DNA from: an uncultured Candidatus Saccharibacteria bacterium
GTDB lineage: Bacteria; Patescibacteriota; Dojkabacteria; J137
NCBI GenBank assembly: GCA_964607415.1
Contig: CAZSKK010000003.1
Coordinates: 3,693-67,692 of the forward strand
DNA length: 64,000 nt
Direction: 5' to 3'
In this document: piece by piece, positions 10,201 to 18,838 of the stretch
Layout of the letters: each line of letters opens with the position of its first letter
Position numbering within the stretch: the stretch's first letter is position 1
Made by a program: the position numbers and the translations under genes
The notes under the pieces: generated by a model
The model's database searches: none
Told to the model about the DNA's origin: nothing
Seen by the model: the letters and a program-made list of their open reading frames with translations, nothing else

Positions 10201-13200
10201 TGGAGCTGAGTATGGAGTTAAGCAAATTCTTCCACAATGGACATCTACATATATATTAACAAGTTATAATGGTTGGCAGTTAATTACAATGCCTAATAAT
10301 ACAACTGGTTGGGTAAACTCACGTAGTCAACTTTGTGCAGGCAGCCCACAAGTTTTAGGTTATAGTACTAATAACGGTAACTACTCAGGACAAACAATTT
10401 ACAATGGCGAATTGATATCAAGACCTCTAAATCAAGGTAGCTATATAGTAACTCAGTATTTTAACAGTAGACACAACGGTGTTGACTACGCAGCAAGTTG
10501 TGGAACTCCCGTTTTTTCAATTGCAGAAGGAATTGTGATGATTGCACAAAGTGGATTTTCAAATACGTACAATCCTAATTTAACTGGAGCTGCAAGAATT
10601 GAAGCAATGAACAGAGTCAATTACGTTATGATTGCACATAAAAACGGGATAATGAGTATTTACGCACATCTGCAGGATGTAAATGTGACTTTAGGCCAGC
10701 ATGTCCAAATGGGTCAGAAAATTGGAACGGTTGGGAATACGGGATGGAGCACTGGTTGCCATCTTCATTTTAGTACAAGAACTCCAAGTGGAGCATATTT
10801 GGATCCAGAATCTATTCTTAGTCAGCAGGTAAATGTAGATCAACTAAGAGCATTTAATTCTGTAAGAAGCAGAGAAAATAACTCTACAAGTTATCTTGCA
10901 GTTAATAATCCAAATGGAGTCACTCATCAATATTGTGGAGCATGGATTAAAGATTATGAATACTTTCTCGAACCAGGTGAAACTTGGAGAACATATACAA
11001 ATTTGATTTACAATCCTTCAATTAACAAATCTTTAAGATTAAGAGGTGATATCAGGCTTGCGTATTGGAATAAATATGGTGGGACTTGTGGCAATTTAGG
11101 ATTGCCAACAACAGACGATCTTTGGGCCGCACAATACATATCTAATGGAACAACTACAACTGGTGCTTATCAAAAGTTTGATAAAGGAACCATTCATAGT
11201 AGCGGGCATGGAACATATGCAACAACTGGAACATTAGATTATATTCATACAAGTGGTGGTGGAACTGGAAGATACGGATTTCCTTTAGGTGAAATGTATA
11301 ACACAACTGAACGAGGCATGTGCCAGCAGTTCGAAAGTGGTTTGCTTTGCGAAAGGGATGCACCAGATAATAGATCTGATGCAGAAAAGGCAATTGACGC
11401 AAGAGCTAAAGCATTAGGAAGTACAGGACCAAGTGCACTAATCAATATTTGCGGATATCCGGCAAAAACATATTCCAATGTGATTACAGGTGAGGATGGT
11501 GCGATTGTATATGTAAACGGGAAAGCTACATATAGTTATGGTGGAACGTACGATACATTCGATTACTTTAGCGATAGATGTACAAGATTTGGCATTTGGA
11601 CAAATGATCCAGCGGTTGGAGGAAAAGGTCCATATAATACTCCAGGTGCATATCAGGACTATCAAAACGGAAGGATTTATTGGAGCTGGAAACATGTTGG
11701 AAAGTTTGTTTTTGGAACAATTAAAAATAGGTTTGAAACAGCCGGTGGTACAAATTCACAATACGGCTGGCCAACCAGTGAGGTTTATTCGGTAAATGAA
11801 AACGATGTACAAACAAATTGTCAGAATTTTGAAGGGAGTGGAGTATATAGAAGAATTTGCGAAAGCACAGTTCCAGAGGATACTCCAGCACAAAAAGCAT
11901 TTTATCAGCTTACAGGAATTCGCTTTAGTCCAAGCCAAATTAGGATGGAGTGTGGTAGAGAAACAGTAAATTTGGCTAATGGCGTTGCTATTTATGATTC
12001 AAACCGAAATCTTGCCAGATCTATAACTGGAAATATTTTTACGGCTTACAATTCTAATGGTGGGTGTACTACTTTTGGAATACCTGAGAATAATACTGAT
12101 AGTGTTTGGGGTGCTGGAAATGTGACAGGCTTTGCCCAGCGATTTATAAGATCTGGTAGCCCTCAAGTTATTAACGATTTTTATGAATATAATAACAATG
12201 TAACAATATTGGAAGGCACACCTAGAAATATTTTTGAATTACATAATGGTTTAGGAACTAATGGTTTTCCGGTTAGATACTTTATTGATAGTTCCCTTGA
12301 AGATAGAGGCGTTTGTGTTCAAACAACTACAAGTGGAAATATTTGCGAAAGGCCAATTCCAGAATGGAGTGTTTTGTTAAGAAGTAGGGTAGAAGGTGAA
12401 AATCAAACTTACGATCTTTCACAAATTTCGAGCATTTGTAGTAACAATGATTACAAAATCCATCCTTTAAGTAATGGCATTATTTACTACGATCCGATTT
12501 ATCACAATACAAGAATAATTAGATCAAATATTTTTATTTACTGGAATAGGGCAGACAAAGGTTGTGCTGTGTTAGGATTACCAGAAAACGATACTAGCTT
12601 TCCAATTAGTCCACAAGGAACACCTGGGGAAGCGCAAAGATTTTATAGAGATGAAAAGATTTTTGATATTTACTGGTCACAGTTTGGTACAATCGAATTG
12701 GAAGGTGCTGCAAGGAATTTGTATAACAATAATGGTGGATTATGGAACAATGGCTTTCCGAAGAATGTATTTGAAGACAGTGTAAGAGGTGTCTGTGTTG
12801 AAACGGAAGATAGCACTATATGCCAAAATGAAGCTGCTGATCCCGGCACCTGTGCAGAAGGCCAAACCTGGGATCCTGTGAGTGCACAATGTTTAGAAAA
12901 TAAAGAGTATGAATGTAGACAGCTTCAAATGCATAAATTCACAAGCTCTCAAAATCAAGTGGTATGTGCTAAAACTCTTAACATTTCCTACTTCAATCAG
13001 TACCTAAAGGACGATGGTACCTATAGCGAACCTAGCGATGGGAATAAAATGTGTGGAGCTGCAAGCATAGTAATGATTTCATCTTATTTAGGCAAACTTC
13101 CTATTAAAGATAAAAGTACAAGGATCAAAGATTATATGTATAAAGATGAGGGTCAAGGAATTATTAATGGTACGCAATTAGCTTCAATAACAAATCCTTA

Positions 13201-13630
13201 TACTGGTCAGCCTATTAATATATGTCATGATGGTGCATTTGGTCTTACAGGAGCATTTGTAAGTTGTTCAGAAAGTTCCAAAGAGGGCATGGAAGCTTAT
13301 ATCAAACTAATTGGATTAAAAAAAGATAGTGAAATATGGCATAACCCATATGATTTTGATCCTTCTTGGAATTTTGTAAAAAATTCGATTGATAATGGAC
13401 ATCCAGTTATAATAACTTATGGTTGGAAAGATAAATTATTTGGCCATATTACAGTCATAAAAGGTTATACAAGTGATATCGATGGTAAAAAATTTGTAAT
13501 GAACGATAGCTTTACAGATACAAGTGTTCATGGTGTAGAAAACGGTTATAACTTAGATGGGAATAATGCTCTATATTCTCTTTGGGAAAAAGGATGGGAG
13601 CCAGGATACCTAATCTCAGTCAGCAAATAA
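7202..13630 (+). CDS. Giant secreted cell-wall-active protein (about 2142 aa). It contains a signal peptide, a long Ig/beta-rich region, an SH3b domain, an M23 (LytM) metallopeptidase, about five LGFP repeats and a C-terminal papain-like C39-type cysteine peptidase.
   Basis: The signal-anchor is MKGLLKTTLVWISIYLILSPLLLIKPSIA. The SH3b-like block is GYVVRYACLDVLAGPQ...GWVPRSSIDHV. The M23 motifs are HNGVDYAA...GTPVFSIAEG and GNTGWSTGCHLHF. The LGFP-type repeats include YGGTCGNLGLPTTD, YGFPLGEMY, YGWPTSEVY, FGIPENNTD and LGLPENDTS. The C-terminal block is MCGAASIVMISSYLG...GHITVIKGY. The true start is probably the ATG at 7202, or possibly 7082. The ORF-track TTG start at 7001 and the frame through 7082 translate the conserved upstream motif. 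Confidence 0.8.
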   Translation: MKGLLKTTLVWISIYLILSPLLLIKPSIAETLQNIEVCFIALDINNQIKQNLPSDTNVQIDFYDNVHLQENTINTLSGNFATVSYTQASPANRDLIGNDGIYDGYCETRQFTVDATTEYAYTQARIFSPNDISVVGYNDQFDIQVQSIADVFTYSNEFFDDIIGNESARNINSDGHIIMDVNREYRHLITILKDNTPIITNQPPQIYLSLNGEAEYTNNAVVQTDLNIATTNVIQNIRFGPSEVSIASLNWANYSDFNGEYILPGSDSTGNKRLCIQVKDSLNQDSNIACDEIIFDNLPPIGSIFINNDEIETSNTNLNLSLNAIDPILEDDQNGIGGIQMRFSEDNSNWSVWEPYLATKTFQTTTNNGQAFVFVQFQDSLGNVSISYSDNILVDPNSTIGTLRINNDDAYTNTSLVNLTLNKIGNRTPLYVRFIQTSNGQVPSNPPNVYNPTDNLGGWTYWQNYSENKQWDHDHPEAGTGTDGYGKKSIYAQYMWSDNTVTEIFRDSIIYAPYYAIEYRSVDHSELITEPQNSTPDFSYEPFFPEYTLNNIPTSLNTQEEVIIKLNTKNNGTFSWQPNIVNITNFWEVINIAPEFQSLVQSSTRGNNATPASIINYNQETGTLSLTVKAPSYPGTYKLKLDAIHEGVAQFSQFNNPSPGFEITVTTNPNTPQPGSDEEPDTDFTGYYPSNPYSGQLHVITGYVRYAPPNQYNAPYMIVEADGSSAYWYINQYDIGQYLNQVISVPIVIDNPSILSYYVIGWDAIPISYPSSLTLRPGDTIPIEIRYQNAGYHIWPIGTTRLGVTQSANGTSLFYDGSWLSDGRINMANNNQVRYGDVASFRFNIHAPTNIAVGSYRQCFEPLVEMVTWIGGSGRDVCINITVTNQPTPPVNNIPPISPTPSGDTGYVVRYACLDVLAGPQAGFPVVVHINYGDAVTVIGEATVGATDWLQIRTGSGVEGWVPRSSIDHVNDPANISFNLNNTYIASYVCGSSLTVYSGPGAEYGVKQILPQWTSTYILTSYNGWQLITMPNNTTGWVNSRSQLCAGSPQVLGYSTNNGNYSGQTIYNGELISRPLNQGSYIVTQYFNSRHNGVDYAASCGTPVFSIAEGIVMIAQSGFSNTYNPNLTGAARIEAMNRVNYVMIAHKNGIMSIYAHLQDVNVTLGQHVQMGQKIGTVGNTGWSTGCHLHFSTRTPSGAYLDPESILSQQVNVDQLRAFNSVRSRENNSTSYLAVNNPNGVTHQYCGAWIKDYEYFLEPGETWRTYTNLIYNPSINKSLRLRGDIRLAYWNKYGGTCGNLGLPTTDDLWAAQYISNGTTTTGAYQKFDKGTIHSSGHGTYATTGTLDYIHTSGGGTGRYGFPLGEMYNTTERGMCQQFESGLLCERDAPDNRSDAEKAIDARAKALGSTGPSALINICGYPAKTYSNVITGEDGAIVYVNGKATYSYGGTYDTFDYFSDRCTRFGIWTNDPAVGGKGPYNTPGAYQDYQNGRIYWSWKHVGKFVFGTIKNRFETAGGTNSQYGWPTSEVYSVNENDVQTNCQNFEGSGVYRRICESTVPEDTPAQKAFYQLTGIRFSPSQIRMECGRETVNLANGVAIYDSNRNLARSITGNIFTAYNSNGGCTTFGIPENNTDSVWGAGNVTGFAQRFIRSGSPQVINDFYEYNNNVTILEGTPRNIFELHNGLGTNGFPVRYFIDSSLEDRGVCVQTTTSGNICERPIPEWSVLLRSRVEGENQTYDLSQISSICSNNDYKIHPLSNGIIYYDPIYHNTRIIRSNIFIYWNRADKGCAVLGLPENDTSFPISPQGTPGEAQRFYRDEKIFDIYWSQFGTIELEGAARNLYNNNGGLWNNGFPKNVFEDSVRGVCVETEDSTICQNEAADPGTCAEGQTWDPVSAQCLENKEYECRQLQMHKFTSSQNQVVCAKTLNISYFNQYLKDDGTYSEPSDGNKMCGAASIVMISSYLGKLPIKDKSTRIKDYMYKDEGQGIINGTQLASITNPYTGQPINICHDGAFGLTGAFVSCSESSKEGMEAYIKLIGLKKDSEIWHNPYDFDPSWNFVKNSIDNGHPVIITYGWKDKLFGHITVIKGYTSDIDGKKFVMNDSFTDTSVHGVENGYNLDGNNALYSLWEKGWEPGYLISVSK

Positions 13631-13649
13631 AATTTTAATTTATATTTAT

Positions 13650-14240
13650 ATGAAACTTAATAAAAAAAATAAAATATTTCTTGTGCTTGGATTATTTCTA
13701 ACATTAGTAACTATATCAGTTCTGATATTTATATTTACTAATTCCCAATACAGGAAACATAAATTCGTCTTTAATAAAAATACATATCAAATATCATACA
13801 AAAAAGATTTAAAATTCGAAGCAAAGGATAATGAATTCTTGAGATTAGAAACATTAGATAGTTACTCATTCAACATAATTGAAAAGACACTCCCTCCTGA
13901 TAGTAATAAACAAGACATATTAAACTACCTTATAACTGTACAAGGATACTATGAAATACCTTTTGATGATAAAAATTATGAATACATTTTTAGTATTGAA
14001 GGAATCGACGTTTATATGTACAAAGACTTTAAGCAAACTTCTGATGAAGATAAATACTATGATTTCAGGCTATTTTTCAGATCGGGTAACAATTTAAGTA
14101 ATATATACATAGATTATAATAATTTATTTTTTACTCAAATCCTAGTCCAATTACCTAAAGCATTAACATCTAATGAAGTTTCAAAGGAAAGCGTAAATGA
14201 ATTGAAAGAAGCGTTTAAAAGTATAAAAAATGCTGAGTAA
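13650..14240 (+). CDS. Hypothetical membrane-anchored protein (196 aa)
   Basis: It has an N-terminal TM helix (IFLVLGLFLTLVTISVLIFIF). It lies immediately downstream of the giant protein on the same strand. There is no recognisable domain. Confidence 0.5.
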   Translation: MKLNKKNKIFLVLGLFLTLVTISVLIFIFTNSQYRKHKFVFNKNTYQISYKKDLKFEAKDNEFLRLETLDSYSFNIIEKTLPPDSNKQDILNYLITVQGYYEIPFDDKNYEYIFSIEGIDVYMYKDFKQTSDEDKYYDFRLFFRSGNNLSNIYIDYNNLFFTQILVQLPKALTSNEVSKESVNELKEAFKSIKNAE

Positions 14241-14261
14241 TTTATAAATATAAATTTTCCT

Positions 14262-14290
14262 TCAAAATTTGTATTGCAATATAATGCGGC
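14262..14290 (+). promoter_or_regulatory. Conserved upstream element, copy 2. Its palindrome has one mismatch (TTGTATTGCAATATAA), which creates a perfect TATAAT. Similarity to copy 3 extends to about 14335.
   Basis: The sequence is tcaaaatttgtattgcaatataatgcggccacaaagtaattttggtagacttactcaaatacttt. It is about 85% identical to copy 3 over roughly 70 nt. Confidence 0.6.
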
Positions 14291-14394
14291 CACAAAGTAA
14301 TTTTGGTAGACTTACTCAAATACTTTATAGCAATTGTGAGTTAAGCGCTAAAGCTAAAGCATTTATATTATTACATACGACTTATCAACTCTAT

Positions 14395-15672
14395 ATGAAA
14401 AAGCTATTTAACAAAATATTCTCAAAAGGACGAAAAAGAAAAAATTTCATTATTGCTATCCTACTAGTTACTATCTCAATAACAGCTTTAGGTTTGATCA
14501 CTTATAAAAAGGAAGTAATGGTTTACCATAAACTCGAAGGTTTTGCTGAAATGGAAAATTATTATGTGTTTGGATTTAAATTTAAATCAGAGAATAAGTT
14601 ACTTACGCCTAGCGAGGAAATAACAATATTAGATACGAATATTTTCTATAAAGGTAGTATATTAAGTCCAACCGATATTCCAGGGTTTCCTTACGTAGGC
14701 ATTTCAGAGACAAAATTAGATTTTTTCGAAACTAAAGTTAAAGATAGCTCAATTTTATTTTTGCCTCATCAAATTGACTCTCCATGCCCTAATGCTTATG
14801 TGGAAACTTTCCGTTATATAGTTTGCCAAACAGATGAGTACACTAAAATTTTTTCTATTTCTTCTCTCAAAAGCAAACCCATTACTAACCAAATTATTAG
14901 TGTGCACGGCAGAAGCCGTATAATGGATTATGTAATAACAGAATCCAAAGAATATTTTTTTATTCAGAACATAACAAAAAATGAAATCTGCCTTTTTCAA
15001 ACCAAAAAACAAGAAGAAGCTTATAGTAGTTGTACTGATGCAGAAGCTGAAATAGTGCCTAATAATGGTTCATCAGAATTGTACGTGTTTGATGTTAAGT
15101 ATTTTAACATTGAAGCTAAACAGGCGATTTTGTTAGGAGGCATACGTATTCGTGGGCTTTCTGATCTTTTTTTTGTAGACCTTAATTTAGATAGAGTTAT
15201 TAAATTCCCCGCGTTCTCAAATAATCTATGGTACGACAGATACTACATAGAATCTAATAATATTTTTGTGATTGCAGCAGATACTAATATTAGATATAAG
15301 TTGGTAAATAATAGTGAGTATGAAATGCAAAGTGATGAATTTGGCGCAGGTATAACTCTATATTGGAGTAATATTGCTACTAAAGCTTTAGTAGACAATA
15401 AGATAATCAATTTATATACTAATAGCACCTTACTAGATCTAAATAAATTTAAATGCAACGCAACTAGTCTAGGAGGCTTTGGCTCAAATAGAAACACTAT
15501 TATTGCAATCAGCTTTAATAATCAATGTAAATTTCACACAATGCTATTAGATCCTCACAAAAATTTCATAAAAAAGCTTGACATTGATACTACGGAAGAT
15601 AGATATAAATTTGTAAAACTGATAACCTTGAAAGATATCGGGTTTTTAAAACAAGAAAACTTCTATATGTAG
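14395..15672 (+). CDS. Hypothetical signal-anchored extracytoplasmic protein (about 425 aa)
   Basis: The start is placed at MKKLFNKIF...FIIAILLVTISITALGLI, which is an N-terminal TM helix. The ORF-track start at 14269 translates the upstream regulatory motif. There is no recognisable domain. Confidence 0.55.
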   Translation: MKKLFNKIFSKGRKRKNFIIAILLVTISITALGLITYKKEVMVYHKLEGFAEMENYYVFGFKFKSENKLLTPSEEITILDTNIFYKGSILSPTDIPGFPYVGISETKLDFFETKVKDSSILFLPHQIDSPCPNAYVETFRYIVCQTDEYTKIFSISSLKSKPITNQIISVHGRSRIMDYVITESKEYFFIQNITKNEICLFQTKKQEEAYSSCTDAEAEIVPNNGSSELYVFDVKYFNIEAKQAILLGGIRIRGLSDLFFVDLNLDRVIKFPAFSNNLWYDRYYIESNNIFVIAADTNIRYKLVNNSEYEMQSDEFGAGITLYWSNIATKALVDNKIINLYTNSTLLDLNKFKCNATSLGGFGSNRNTIIAISFNNQCKFHTMLLDPHKNFIKKLDIDTTEDRYKFVKLITLKDIGFLKQENFYM

Positions 15673-15747
15673 ACTAACAAGCTGAAAGTACCAAAATATT
15701 TATTCTAGCATGTATTAATTTAGCAACAAAAATTTCTTGATTTCCCT

Positions 15748-15776
15748 CAAAATTTGTATTGCAATACAATGCGGCC
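15748..15776 (+). promoter_or_regulatory. Conserved upstream element, copy 3, with the perfect palindrome TTGTATTGCAATACAA at 15755-15770. Similarity to copy 2 extends to about 15812.
   Basis: The sequence is tcaaaatttgtattgcaatacaatgcggcccaaaagtaattttggtagacttacccaaatacttt. Confidence 0.6.
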
Positions 15777-15903
15777 CAAAAGTAATTTTGGTAGACTTAC
15801 CCAAATACTTTGCGGAATAAACAAATTCGAATAAATAACTTCGAATTAATTTCCAACTTCAAATAGAAAATATTAAAAAATTTTACTTTTTTATTAATTC
15901 ATT

Positions 15904-16665
15904 ATGTCAAGAATACTACATTTGTTTCTTCAGCTTTCTTTGAAAGCTAAAGTTCTTATCTTATTTGCATCAAGCGCTTCTGTTGCTGTAACTGGAACTG
16001 GTGCCTACTTCGTAGCACAAAGTTTAACTACAAATAACGAACACGAGCAAGTTATTACAGAGGAAGTTAACACTAACGAAGCTTTAGACGTTCCATCTTA
16101 TCCTGTAGCTATTGAAGATAACAAAACTGAAGAAGTTGTTGCCGAAGTACCAGTAGAGCAACCTGCTACACAGCCAACATATATTCCTCCAATTCAACAA
16201 CAACCAACTCCAACCCCACAGCCTGCGCCTACACCAGAACCTGAACCTCCAACTGGTGAAGAACCAGAATCAATATTTGGAGGAACTTTTACTAGCAGTA
16301 ACTATCAATTCTCATTTTCTTATATGCCAAGCATGGGTACTGCCTCAAGTACATACGATCCCAATGCGATGACTAAACCAGAAACTATCACTTTTAGTTC
16401 TAGAGCTGGATCAGTATCCGTAAATCCCATGCCTTTTGGAATTGAAACGCCTCCTCCAATTGAAGAATATTCACTTAACGCTGCATCAGGACAAACATTT
16501 AACGTTAGAATTAACAATCGAAATGGAATAATATTCTATGAAGCAAGCTATGGTATATGGGATCAAGGCTCTGTTACAATAGTCCTTTCTGGATACCCTT
16601 CAGTAGAATATGCAAAAGCAGAAGCTAATTATATTATAACCAGCATGAATATAGGAGCAATTTAA
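15904..16665 (+). CDS. Secreted Pro/Thr-rich protein (253 aa)
   Basis: It has an N-terminal signal-anchor (LILFASSASVAVTGTGAYFVA). A low-complexity PTPTPQPAPTPEPEPP linker is followed by a globular C-terminal domain. Confidence 0.6.
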   Translation: MSRILHLFLQLSLKAKVLILFASSASVAVTGTGAYFVAQSLTTNNEHEQVITEEVNTNEALDVPSYPVAIEDNKTEEVVAEVPVEQPATQPTYIPPIQQQPTPTPQPAPTPEPEPPTGEEPESIFGGTFTSSNYQFSFSYMPSMGTASSTYDPNAMTKPETITFSSRAGSVSVNPMPFGIETPPPIEEYSLNAASGQTFNVRINNRNGIIFYEASYGIWDQGSVTIVLSGYPSVEYAKAEANYIITSMNIGAI

Positions 16666-16696
16666 AGTCAAAAAATGCTTAATAGCTCTTTTGCTC

Positions 16697-18160
16697 TTAA
16701 GCTGTTAACCTTTCCAAAACCTCCTTCTTCCCCAAAACTTGCAAACATTCAAACAGTTGCGGGGAGAATGGAGTTCCTACAACCGCTACTCTTAAAGCCA
16801 TAAAAATATCGCCATGTTTTGCTGAATATTTATCTCCTATAGCTCTCATTCCTGTTTCCCATTGTTCGTGCGTCCATGTAGATGAATCATCAGGCATTGT
16901 TTCAATTAAGGCATAAATATCTTTTTTTATGTCTGATAACTGAGAACTGATTGCTGACAACTGTTTTATATTCCAATCAATATTGGCAGGTTTATTGTAA
17001 AAAAACATTATTTGTCCTAATGCATCCTTTAGTGTTGTAGCTCTATCTTTAACCAAAGACAACTTAACGGATAGAGCGGTGTCTGCATTTATTGTAGATT
17101 TTGTAGCCTCATCAGCATCTGAAAAGTTATTAAGCCACTTTAAAAACTTATTTGTAAGTAACTCCGAATCCATATTCTTAATGTATTCTTTGTTAAACCA
17201 AACAAGTTTATCTCTATTAAATACAGAATTCGTTCTATTCAAATCTTTCAAATCAAACATTTCAATGAATTCTGAAAGAGAAAAAATTTCTCGCTCTTTT
17301 TGCCCGTGCTCTCGTTTAATTGGAGCAGACCAACCTAAAAGCATTAGAAAATTTAAAATGGCTTCTGTAAAATATCCTTCATTTACAAACTCTCTTGAAG
17401 ATACGGCTCCTTTTCTTTTAGAAAGTTTTCCTCCGGCTGGATCTAAAATGACAGGCAAATGATAATATGGTGGCATTTCAATTCCTAAAAATCTATGAAG
17501 TAAAACTTGCTTTGGCGTACTAGGTAACCACTCAATTGCTCTAAAAACATGAGAGATCTTCATTAAATAATCATCAACAACAACAGCTAAATGGTATGAA
17601 GCCATTCCGTCTGATTTAATCAAGATTTCGTCACCCACAATATTTGAATCAAACTTAATTTCGCCCTGCAGTCCATCTTTGTGCATAATTACTTCATCAT
17701 CTGGAACTTTTAGTCTGATCGTATATTGTTTCCCTTCATCCATAAGTTTTTTTACATCATCATCAGATGCATTTCTATATGGTGATCTAAATCCTTTACC
17801 TTTAAATTCGGCCTGTAAGGATTTAAGCTCTTCACCTTCCAAAAAACAATAATACGCATTGCCTTGATCTAAAAGCTGATTTGCATATTTTCTATAGATT
17901 TCTTTTCTTTCGCTTTGAATGTAAGGCCCATAATCTCCACCATGCTTAACACTTTCGTCGGGTTCAAGCCCGTACTCATGAAGCATGTCAAAAATTTCAT
18001 CAATGGCACCTTCTACAAGTCTTTTTTGATCAGTATCTTCAACTCTAACAATAAATTGACCGCTTGTATTTTTTGCAAATGCATAGGCATATAAAGCAGT
18101 TCTTAAACTACCTATATGAAGCATTCCTGTTGGGCTTGGAGCAAATCTTGTTCGTGCCAT
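16697..18160 (-). CDS. gltX: Glutamate--tRNA ligase (GluRS)
   Basis: The N-terminus RFAPSPTGMLHIGSLRTALYAYAFAK carries the HIGS HIGH motif. KLSKRK is the KMSKS motif. The length of 487 aa fits the family. Confidence 0.9.
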   Translation of the reverse strand: MARTRFAPSPTGMLHIGSLRTALYAYAFAKNTSGQFIVRVEDTDQKRLVEGAIDEIFDMLHEYGLEPDESVKHGGDYGPYIQSERKEIYRKYANQLLDQGNAYYCFLEGEELKSLQAEFKGKGFRSPYRNASDDDVKKLMDEGKQYTIRLKVPDDEVIMHKDGLQGEIKFDSNIVGDEILIKSDGMASYHLAVVVDDYLMKISHVFRAIEWLPSTPKQVLLHRFLGIEMPPYYHLPVILDPAGGKLSKRKGAVSSREFVNEGYFTEAILNFLMLLGWSAPIKREHGQKEREIFSLSEFIEMFDLKDLNRTNSVFNRDKLVWFNKEYIKNMDSELLTNKFLKWLNNFSDADEATKSTINADTALSVKLSLVKDRATTLKDALGQIMFFYNKPANIDWNIKQLSAISSQLSDIKKDIYALIETMPDDSSTWTHEQWETGMRAIGDKYSAKHGDIFMALRVAVVGTPFSPQLFECLQVLGKKEVLERLTA

Positions 18161-18311
18161 ATTCGGGTTACTGTTAATTAGTTAATTTGTATTTTGTTAA
18201 TAAGTGCACTGACCAATTAACAAATTAACTAAATTGAAAATTAAGTTAACTTGACATTCAGTATTTATTATGTCATAAATTATATAATAAGTTGTTATTC
18301 AAAACAAATAA

Positions 18312-18782
18312 ATGCAAGATAACACAATGTCATCCCCAACACCTTCCGTTTCCCAAAAATATAACATTTTAGTAGTTGAAGACGAACCAGATGCTAAAGA
18401 ATTATTTATAGAATTATTGGCTACAGTTCCAGAATATGAAGTTCAGGGTGCTAATGATGGAGAGGAAGCTTTACAAAAAGCTGGAACAACTAAATTTGAC
18501 CTTATCCTTTTAGACATTGTAATGCCTAGAAAGGATGGTATCGAAACTTTAGATGATATACTTAAAGATAAAGCTAAATATGGCAACCCTATAGTTATCA
18601 TGCTTACAAATATTGGTGGTGATCTTGCGATTGAAAAAGCTTTAGAAATGGGTGCTGCCGGTTATAAATTGAAAATTGATACAGATCCAGAAGAATTACT
18701 AAGATATGTTGATGAGATGTTGAAGAAAAAAGGTGCACTGGGAGCGCAAAGTGCAAGTACTTTACCTCCACTAGCTGCTTAG
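18312..18782 (+). CDS. Stand-alone response-regulator receiver (CheY-like REC domain only)
   Basis: ILVVEDEPD carries the acidic pocket. DLILLDIVMPRKDG carries the phospho-acceptor Asp. No output domain is present. Confidence 0.8.
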   Translation: MQDNTMSSPTPSVSQKYNILVVEDEPDAKELFIELLATVPEYEVQGANDGEEALQKAGTTKFDLILLDIVMPRKDGIETLDDILKDKAKYGNPIVIMLTNIGGDLAIEKALEMGAAGYKLKIDTDPEELLRYVDEMLKKKGALGAQSASTLPPLAA

Positions 18783-18796
18783 AAATACAAACTTTA

Positions 18797-18833
18797 AAGC
18801 GGGTCTGAAGAAAATTCTTCAGGCCCGCTTTTT
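18797..18833. terminator. Bidirectional rho-independent terminator between convergent genes
   Basis: The stem AAGCGGGTCTGAAG with loop AAAATT and CTTCAGGCCCGCTT is followed by TTTTT. A-rich sequence lies on the 5' side. Confidence 0.75.
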
Positions 18834-18838
18834 ACTCC

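Noticed and set aside
17079-17462. 127-aa plus-strand ORF inside gltX
   Set aside because: It is antisense to an unambiguous GluRS gene.
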